NCBI GenBank assembly: GCA_036559805.1
Contig: DATBSL010000034.1
Span: 1-50,085 of the forward strand
Length of the DNA stretch: 50,085 bases
Reading direction: 5' to 3'
Source: Vicinamibacteria bacterium
Lineage (GTDB): Bacteria; Acidobacteriota; Vicinamibacteria; Fen-336
Shown here: piece after piece, positions 44,453 through 50,085 of the stretch
Layout: every line of letters starts with the position of its first letter
Position numbering within the stretch: position 1 is the stretch's first letter
The notes under the pieces: model-generated
What the model was told of the DNA's origin: nothing
Seen by the model: the letters and a program-made list of their open reading frames with translations, nothing else
Database searches by the model: none
Program-made: the position numbers and the translations under genes

Positions 44453-46042
44453 ATGATGGGCGCGATGACCCGCCTGACCGAGCCGCTGCTGGCCGGGCTC
44501 GCGCTCACGCTCCTGGCATTCGGCGTCATCTCCGACCGTGCGCTCGCCGAGCGGGCGCGCCGCGAGCGCGATACGGCTCAGGCGGCGGCGGTCGAGTCGG
44601 CACGGCTCACGGCGCTTTCCGTTCGCGCGGCGCTCGCGCAAGTCGAGCAGGCCGTAACGGTCGAGCGGCCTCCGGTGGGCGTCGCGGTCGATCGCCTGGC
44701 CGGGATGCCCCCCCTCGCCGCCCAGGCCACGACGGTTCCCTACTCACGGCGCTCGCGCCCGGAGCTGGCGCGCCTGCTCTCGTCGACGCGGGCGACACCG
44801 AACGGCCTTCCCGAGGCCGTCGTGGCCCGCATCGCCCTCGGCGACTCGCCCGTGAGCCTCGGCAGCGAGGCGCCGCCCGACGTCGGGGAGCGCCTGCTGT
44901 CGGGACGCCTTCCCGTCCGACCCAACGACCTCCCCTACCTCGCGGCGCAGCTCGGACTCGGAGCCGACCCTCGAGTCGCGAGCCTGCTCGAGCGCCTGCG
45001 TCGAGCGCCCGCGGGCGGGCTCCCGTCGCTTCCTGCGTTCCGCAGAACCCGGACGGCGCAAGACCGGGTCGAAGGCTGGTCGCAGGCGGCAGACGACCGC
45101 CTCTTCTACTCGATTCCGGTCGCGACGCTCGTCGCGCGCGCCGGCGTCGCGCAGCGGCTGCTCGCGCCCGGCGCGGCCGTCGGCCTGGCAGCCGAGGTGC
45201 CCGACGTGGCTGGACTGACCCTGCGCGTCGCTGCCGACGCGCACGCGGGCACGGGCGGCGAGCGCCTGCGGCTCGCGCTGTGGGTTGCCGTCGTGGCGGG
45301 AGCCCTCGGCCTCGTGGCGGTGCGGCGCGCGCTCGTCCGCGAGGCGAAGGCGACCGCGCGCGAGAAAGCGTTCCTCGCCGGGGTCACACACGAGCTGCGC
45401 ACGCCGCTCTCCGCGATCCGCCTCTTCGGCGAGACGCTCGCCGGCGGCCGCGGCGATCCCAGGGAGTACGGCGCGCTCGTGGCTCGCGAGAGCGAGCGGC
45501 TCGAGAGCCTGGTCGAGCGCGTGCTGGCCGTCACCCGCGTGGACGAGGCGCCGACGTTCGCGCCGGTGACTCCCACGGCCCTCGTGGCCTCGGCCGTCGC
45601 CCTGATCCGCCCGCGGGCCGAGCGGCGCGAGGTGACGCTCGAGACCCGGCTCGGCCCGGGCCTGCCCCAGGCGCAGTGGGACGAGGAGGCCGTCAGGCGC
45701 GCGCTGCTGAGCCTCCTCGACAACGCGGTGACGCACGGCCGCGAGCGCGGCCACGTGACGGTCGTGGCGGTCGAAGACTCGGGCGTCGTCAAGGTCTCCG
45801 TCAGCGACGACGGTCCCGGCATCGCGCGGCGCGACCGCGGGCGCGTTTTCGGGCGCTTCGTGCGCGGCGCGAACTCCGCTTCGGGGACCGGACTCGGCCT
45901 GCACCTCGCAGAGCAGGTAGCGCGCGCGCACGGCGGCCGCATCGACCTCGCGACGGAAGCGGGGCGCGGCACCACCTTCACGCTCGTCCTGCCGCTCGTG
46001 CCCGCCGCCGCGCGCGCCGGCCAGCCGGGAGCCAGCTCGTGA
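44453..46042 (+). CDS. sensor histidine kinase (two TM segments, periplasmic domain, HisKA, HATPase_c)
   Basis: The H-box is FLAGVTHELRTPLSAI, the N box LLDNAVTHG, and the G boxes DDGPGI and GTGLGLHLAEQVARAHGG. The start is ATG 44453, with 44465 as the alternative. Confidence 0.88.
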   Translation: MMGAMTRLTEPLLAGLALTLLAFGVISDRALAERARRERDTAQAAAVESARLTALSVRAALAQVEQAVTVERPPVGVAVDRLAGMPPLAAQATTVPYSRRSRPELARLLSSTRATPNGLPEAVVARIALGDSPVSLGSEAPPDVGERLLSGRLPVRPNDLPYLAAQLGLGADPRVASLLERLRRAPAGGLPSLPAFRRTRTAQDRVEGWSQAADDRLFYSIPVATLVARAGVAQRLLAPGAAVGLAAEVPDVAGLTLRVAADAHAGTGGERLRLALWVAVVAGALGLVAVRRALVREAKATAREKAFLAGVTHELRTPLSAIRLFGETLAGGRGDPREYGALVARESERLESLVERVLAVTRVDEAPTFAPVTPTALVASAVALIRPRAERREVTLETRLGPGLPQAQWDEEAVRRALLSLLDNAVTHGRERGHVTVVAVEDSGVVKVSVSDDGPGIARRDRGRVFGRFVRGANSASGTGLGLHLAEQVARAHGGRIDLATEAGRGTTFTLVLPLVPAAARAGQPGASS

Positions 46043-46737
46043 GCGCGCGGCTGCTGCTCGTGGAGGACGAGCTGTCGCTCGCGCGCGGCCTCGTCGACAA
46101 CTTCCGGGCGGAAGGCTACGACGTTCGCCACGTCGCGCGCGGCGACCTCGCGATGGACGCCCTCCGCGAGTTCGATCCCGAGGTCGTGCTGCTCGACATC
46201 ATGTTGCCGGGGCGCTCGGGGCTCGATCTGCTCGTGGAGCTCCGCCAGGCGGGTGAGCGCGTGCCGGTGCTGATGCTCACGGCCAAGGGCGAGGTGGTCG
46301 ACCGCGTCGTGGGCCTCGAGTTGGGCGCCGACGACTACCTGGCCAAGCCTTTCGCGCTGCGCGAGCTCCTGGCCAGGGTGCGGGCCCTCCTCCGGCGTGC
46401 CACGGCCCCGGCCCGCGAAGTCGTCGCCGAGCTGGAGCTGGGCGGCGTGCGCTTCGACTTCCGCGGGCTCACGGCCACGGGCGCCCGCGAGCCGGTCGTA
46501 CTCACCACCCACGACATCCTGGTGCTCAAGGTGCTCGCCGAGCGCCGCGGCGAGGTCGTGCCGCGCATCGACATCGTCGAGGAGGTCTCCGGCCTCGACT
46601 CCGAGACCACGCTGCGCAAGGTGGACAACCACGTGGTGGCGCTGCGGCGCGCGATCGGCGACGACCCGCGCCGGCCGCGCCTGATCCACACCGTGCGCGG
46701 CAGCGGCTACCGCCTCGCGCGCGCCGACAATGGCTGA
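46039..46737 (+). CDS. OmpR/PhoB-family response regulator
   Basis: The GTG overlaps the HK stop (GTGA). The receiver has LLLVEDE, VVLLDIMLPG, LMLTAKG and KPF. The winged-helix part has VVLTTHDILVLKVLAERRGEVVPR...VRGSGYRL. Confidence 0.9.
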   Translation: MSARLLLVEDELSLARGLVDNFRAEGYDVRHVARGDLAMDALREFDPEVVLLDIMLPGRSGLDLLVELRQAGERVPVLMLTAKGEVVDRVVGLELGADDYLAKPFALRELLARVRALLRRATAPAREVVAELELGGVRFDFRGLTATGAREPVVLTTHDILVLKVLAERRGEVVPRIDIVEEVSGLDSETTLRKVDNHVVALRRAIGDDPRRPRLIHTVRGSGYRLARADNG

Positions 46738-46784
46738 CACGCGGCAGACGTGCGCAAGACGCGAATGCTTCAGATTCCTCCCGT

Positions 46785-46803
46785 GGCGTCCGGCACGGAC
46801 GCC
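46785..46803 (+). terminator. GC hairpin after the response-regulator gene (candidate terminator)
   Basis: GGCGTCCG (46785-46792), loop GCA, CGGACGCC (46796-46803). It lies 48 nt after the stop. There is no U-tract. Confidence 0.4.
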
Positions 46804-46826
46804 CGCGAACGGATAGGAGGAACGAA

Positions 46827-47792
46827 ATGCACGTACGACGGTGCACGACGCTCGCGGCCGCCCTGGCGCTCGCCGCCAGCCTGGCGGCGGCACAGGCGAC
46901 CGATCCCGGCGACCGGATGGCTCAAGGCAAGCTCCAGGCCGACCTCGGCCACATGAGCGAGGCCGCGGCGGCGTTCGACGCCGTGGCCCAGGATCCCCGC
47001 GCCAGCGACGCACAGAGGTGGGAGGCGCTCGTGCGCCTCGGCGTCGCCCGGCGGGCGACGGGAGACGATGCGGGGAGCGTCGCGGTGTTCCAGAAGGTGA
47101 TGGCCGACTTCGCTGACGACCCGGAGGCCGTCCGGTTCCTGGTTCTGTCGGTGGGTGGCGCCTTGCCGGGCCGCGACCGCTGGGACGCGATCTGGCGCGA
47201 CGTGCGAATCGAAGTCGAGGGCGCGCGCAGCGGCCGGCCGCAGGCCGTCGTGGTCTGGCCGGGCGTGGCTCGGGCGCTCCCTTCGACCACCGGCAAGACG
47301 ATGGACGTCGACTTCGAGCAAGCCGAGCTCCGCGAGCTTTATCGCTTTTTCGCGGACTTCACCGGCCTGAACGTCGTCGTCCAGCCGGGCGCGCTCGGGC
47401 AGGCTACGATCCGCGCGCGGAAGGAGCCGTGGGAGCGCGTGCTCGAGAGGATCCTGGCTCCCAACGGCCTCGCGTATCGCCTCGAGGGCAACGTGCTGTG
47501 GATCGCCCAGGCCTCGGTCGTGGCCGGATGGCCGGCGCGGGCTTTCACGGGAGAGGCCGTCGACGTCCTCTTCCAGAACGAGGACTTGCGCGACGCGTTC
47601 GGCTGGTTCGCCCGCCAGGGCGGGCTCGAGCTGTCACTGTCGCCGGAGGTCGCCGGGCACGTGACGCTCCGGCTCGAGCGGGTGCCATGGGACCAGGCGC
47701 TCGACGTCGTGCTCCGCGTCAACGGCCTGGAGCAGCGCCGCCAGGGCTCACGAGTGGAGATCGCACCCCGACGAGCGGCTCCGCGAAGCTGA
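46827..47792 (+). CDS. secreted protein with a TPR-like N-terminus and two PilQ/secretin N-terminal-type domains but no secretin pore domain
   Basis: It has a signal peptide. The two repeats are MDVDFEQAELRELYRFFADFTGLNVVVQPGALGQATIRARKEPWERVLERILAPNGLAYRLEGNVLWI and VDVLFQNEDLRDAFGWFARQGGLELSLSPEVAGHVTLRLERVPWDQALDVVLRVNGL. Both resemble the PilQ N-terminal repeat pattern. Confidence 0.75.
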   Translation: MHVRRCTTLAAALALAASLAAAQATDPGDRMAQGKLQADLGHMSEAAAAFDAVAQDPRASDAQRWEALVRLGVARRATGDDAGSVAVFQKVMADFADDPEAVRFLVLSVGGALPGRDRWDAIWRDVRIEVEGARSGRPQAVVVWPGVARALPSTTGKTMDVDFEQAELRELYRFFADFTGLNVVVQPGALGQATIRARKEPWERVLERILAPNGLAYRLEGNVLWIAQASVVAGWPARAFTGEAVDVLFQNEDLRDAFGWFARQGGLELSLSPEVAGHVTLRLERVPWDQALDVVLRVNGLEQRRQGSRVEIAPRRAAPRS

Positions 47793-47809
47793 GGCTGCGC
47801 GCGAACGAA

Positions 47810-47837
47810 GGCCACGGGGACAAGTGTCCCCGTGGCC
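47810..47837. terminator. 12-bp GC hairpin between convergent genes (bidirectional terminator candidate)
   Basis: GGCCACGGGGAC (47810-47821), loop AAGT, GTCCCCGTGGCC (47826-47837). It lies between stops 47792(+) and 47845(-). Confidence 0.6.
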
Positions 47838-47844
47838 CCGTCGT

Positions 47845-48516
47845 CTACGGGGTCGCTTCGATGGTGTACGTCGCGCAGATGTCGTCGTGCAGCGGCGTCC
47901 GGGCGGCGTTGCGGTCGTGGACGCAGATGACCGGCTTCCAGGTCCCGACCGCATAGGTGCGGTCCGCGCGGCAGTGAAATCCCGTGATGCCCCCGAAGTC
48001 GAACTTCTCGTCGCCGTCGAAGTCCATCAGGAAGTAGAGCTCGTCGTCCTCCGGGTCGCTCGTCGCACACATGGTGAAGTGCACGGTGAAGGGCGCCGTC
48101 CCCGTGATCCTGCCACCGACCTCGCCGGGTGTCGTCCTGAAGACGGCGACGGGCGGCTTGTTTCCGCCTCCCGAAGGCGTCGCGGTTCCGGTGACGGTCA
48201 CCGCGGCCGAGCAGCGCGCGGTCTGGGTCGCCGTGCGCACGTCGAACGACGCCGTGTAGCTGCCGCCGGCCGCGTAGGTGTGCGGCGCGTCCGGATTCGT
48301 TCCCGATTGCCCGTCGCCGTAGGTGATCGCCACCGTGGGGGCGCCCTCGGCGCCGGCGATGTTGAGCAGGAAGGTCACGGCGAGCGGCGCCGGCCCGGAG
48401 GCTGGCCGGGCCTCGCACGTCGCGGTCAACGCCGGGGACACCGGCGTCTCGTCCTGACAGGCCGACAGCGTCAGCGCCAACAGGCACACGAGGGTCGTCG
48501 AAAGCGCGCGTTTCAT
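47845..48516 (-). CDS. lipoprotein with two PKD-like domains
   Basis: ATG 48516 has a GGAGGAGGGGG Shine-Dalgarno. The lipobox is LALTLSAC. The PKD patterns are PLAVTFLLN...ITYGDGQSGTNPDAPHTYAAGGSYTASFDV and APFTVHFTMC...DFDGDEKFD. Confidence 0.8.
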   Translation of the reverse strand: MKRALSTTLVCLLALTLSACQDETPVSPALTATCEARPASGPAPLAVTFLLNIAGAEGAPTVAITYGDGQSGTNPDAPHTYAAGGSYTASFDVRTATQTARCSAAVTVTGTATPSGGGNKPPVAVFRTTPGEVGGRITGTAPFTVHFTMCATSDPEDDELYFLMDFDGDEKFDFGGITGFHCRADRTYAVGTWKPVICVHDRNAARTPLHDDICATYTIEATP

Positions 48517-48576
48517 CGTTCCCCCTCCTCCACCTAGCATGCCACGCCGCTTGACCCCGCGGATAGCGGCGGCTAC

Positions 48577-48594
48577 CCTCCGGCCTTCCGGAGG
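48577..48594 (+). promoter_or_regulatory. hairpin that sequesters the Shine-Dalgarno of the oxidoreductase gene
   Basis: CCTCCGG (48577-48583), loop CCTT, CCGGAGG (48588-48594). The 3' arm contains the GGAGG Shine-Dalgarno 5 nt upstream of ATG 48600. Confidence 0.4.
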
Positions 48595-48599
48595 CCCTG

Positions 48600-49733
48600 A
48601 TGCGCGAGGTGAACGTCGCTCTCGTCGGCTACGCCTTCATGGGGCGGGCCCACAGCAACGCCTGGCGCCAGGTGAGCCGCTTCCTGTCGCCCAAGCTCAC
48701 GCCGCGGCTCAAGGTGATCTGCGGGCGCGACCCGGCGAACGTAAAGCGCGCCGCCGCGCAGCTCGGCTGGGACGAGTGGGCGACCGACTGGCGCGAGGTG
48801 ATCGCGCGCCCCGACATCGACATCGTGGACGTCTCGACGCCCGGCGACAGCCACGCGGAGATCGCGATCGCGGCGGCGCAGGCGGGCAAGGCGATCCTGT
48901 GCGAGAAGCCGCTCGCCAACGACGTGCGCGAGGCGAAGGCGATGTGGAAGGCCGTGAAGAAGGCCGGCGTGCCGAACATGCTCTGCCACAACTACCGTCG
49001 GATCCCGGCCGTGATGCTGGCGCGCGACCTCGTGGCCTCGGGCAAGCTCGGCCGCATCTTCCACTACCGCGGCACCTACCTTCAGGACTGGTGCATCGAC
49101 CCGGCGCTGCCGCTTCTCTGGCGCTTTCGCAAGGAGAAGTCGGGCTCGGGATCGCTCGGCGACATCCTGTCTCACTCGCTCGACCTCGGCCGCTACGTCA
49201 CGGGCTCCGAGGTCACCGAGGTGTCGGGCGCGCTCGAGACCTTCGTCAAGCAGCGTCCGCTGCCGGAGAACCCGAAGAAGAAGGGCAAGGTCACGGTGGA
49301 CGACGCGGCGCTCACGCTCGTGCGCTTCGCGAACGGGGCATTGGGCTCGATCGAGGGCACGCGCTTCGCCGCCGGCCGCAAGAACTACAACCGCTTCGAA
49401 GTGAACGGCTCGAAAGGCAGCGTGGCCTTCGACCTCGAGCGAATGAACGAGCTCGAGTACTACTCGCGCGAGGACGCCCTTCCCGAGCAGGGCTTCCGTC
49501 GCATCATGGTCACCGAGCCCAGCCACGCGTTCACGGGCTCGTGGTGGCCGCCGGGCCACATCATCGGCTACGAGCACACCTTCACGCACACCGTCCACGA
49601 CTTCCTGAACGCGGTCGCGACCGGCAAGCGCGTGCGGCCGGACTTCGAGGACGGCGTGCGGAACCAGCTCGTGCTCGAGGCGATCGAGAAGTCGGCGCGC
49701 GTGAAGCGCTGGGTGGCGGTGCCCGCTCTGTAG
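48600..49733 (+). CDS. Gfo/Idh/MocA-family NAD(P)-dependent oxidoreductase
   Basis: It has the N-terminal Rossmann VALVGYAFMGRAHSNAW and the EKP motif AILCEKPLA. The C-terminal alpha/beta domain is typical of the family. Confidence 0.88.
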   Translation: MREVNVALVGYAFMGRAHSNAWRQVSRFLSPKLTPRLKVICGRDPANVKRAAAQLGWDEWATDWREVIARPDIDIVDVSTPGDSHAEIAIAAAQAGKAILCEKPLANDVREAKAMWKAVKKAGVPNMLCHNYRRIPAVMLARDLVASGKLGRIFHYRGTYLQDWCIDPALPLLWRFRKEKSGSGSLGDILSHSLDLGRYVTGSEVTEVSGALETFVKQRPLPENPKKKGKVTVDDAALTLVRFANGALGSIEGTRFAAGRKNYNRFEVNGSKGSVAFDLERMNELEYYSREDALPEQGFRRIMVTEPSHAFTGSWWPPGHIIGYEHTFTHTVHDFLNAVATGKRVRPDFEDGVRNQLVLEAIEKSARVKRWVAVPAL

Positions 49734-49773
49734 CCTTGACCCACACCGCCCGTCCAACACCTGGAGGTCGCCC

Positions 49774-50085
49774 TTGAGCGCAGCGGGCCCGTCGTCGAGC
49801 CTGACTCCTTCGAGCCGGCTGGGTCCTTACGAGATCATGGCTCCGCTCGGCGCGGGCGGGATGGGCGAGGTCTACCGCGCCCGCGACACGCGGCTCGATC
49901 GCGACGTGGCGCTCAAGCTGCTGCCGCCGCTGCTCGCGTCCGACCCGCAGTTCCGCGCGCGCTTCGAGCGCGAGGCGAAGAGCGTCTCGGCGCTCAACCA
50001 CCCGCACATCTGCGCGATCCACGACGTCGGCAGTGCGACCGTCCAGGGCACCGAGCTGCACTACATGGTGCTCGAGCTCGTCGAG
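49774..50085 (+). CDS. Ser/Thr protein kinase, N-terminal part (runs off the right edge)
   Basis: TTG 49774 lies 6 nt after GGAGG. The sequence reads LGPYEIMAPLGAGGMGEVYRARDTRLDRDVALKLL...LNHPHICAIHDVG. Confidence 0.8.
   Translation, partial: MSAAGPSSSLTPSSRLGPYEIMAPLGAGGMGEVYRARDTRLDRDVALKLLPPLLASDPQFRARFEREAKSVSALNHPHICAIHDVGSATVQGTELHYMVLELVE

Overview
This is a very GC-rich (about 70% by eye) bacterial chromosomal window. It is densely coding, with about 36 protein genes and no rRNA, tRNA, CRISPR array, transposase or integrase that I could recognise. The gene content resembles a soil Gram-negative bacterium (Acidobacteriota, Myxococcota or Gemmatimonadota style). All domain calls come from motifs I recognise by eye; no database search was possible.

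Gene content, left to right:
- lysA (3' end off the left edge), translationally coupled to an alanine/glycine:cation symporter.
- A small exported rhodanese and a Tat-signal dipeptide epimerase.
- A minus-strand block: hybrid REC-multiGAF histidine kinase, XdhC-like protein, secreted protein, MinD/ParA-like ATPase, and a J-like (no HPD) plus RodZ-type HTH protein.
- A divergent J-domain/TPR protein.
- A tightly overlapped four-gene minus-strand module: nucleotide-translocase-like membrane domain fused to HEAT repeats, a 2x cNMP-binding protein, a YtxH-like protein and a DUF948-like protein.
- A PknK-like Ser/Thr kinase-AAA-TPR protein.
- A sugar/nucleoside uptake cluster: NHS-type MFS, SGLT-type SSS, cupin, DUF1080.
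- A CRTAC1/ASPIC-like FG-GAP protein and a second SSS transporter.
- A 1559-aa ChaN-PDZ-M1-M28-PDZ fusion peptidase.
- A BNR/sortilin-like protein, a TRAP transporter (DctP plus fused DctQM) and an esterase.
- An HK/OmpR-type two-component pair, a PilQ-N-domain-only protein, a PKD lipoprotein, a Gfo/Idh/MocA oxidoreductase and a second Ser/Thr kinase (truncated at the right edge).

Most notable observations:
1. The rhodanese ORF is interrupted by a single in-frame TGA exactly where the catalytic cysteine should be. The frame stays open through the rest of the domain, and a SECIS-like hairpin follows the TGA. This makes it a candidate selenocysteine rhodanese that gene callers would truncate.
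2. There are two families of repeated intergenic elements: an exact 28-nt palindromic repeat in two copies, and a roughly 90-nt element in two inverted copies carrying G-run/C-run hairpins.
3. Rare TATACT hexamers sit 8-9 nt upstream of two ATG codons that lack a Shine-Dalgarno, which fits near-leaderless mRNAs.
4. Several domain fusions and gene modules look uncharacterised.

The many long antisense or alternate-frame ORFs in the track are GC-driven shadows and were rejected.
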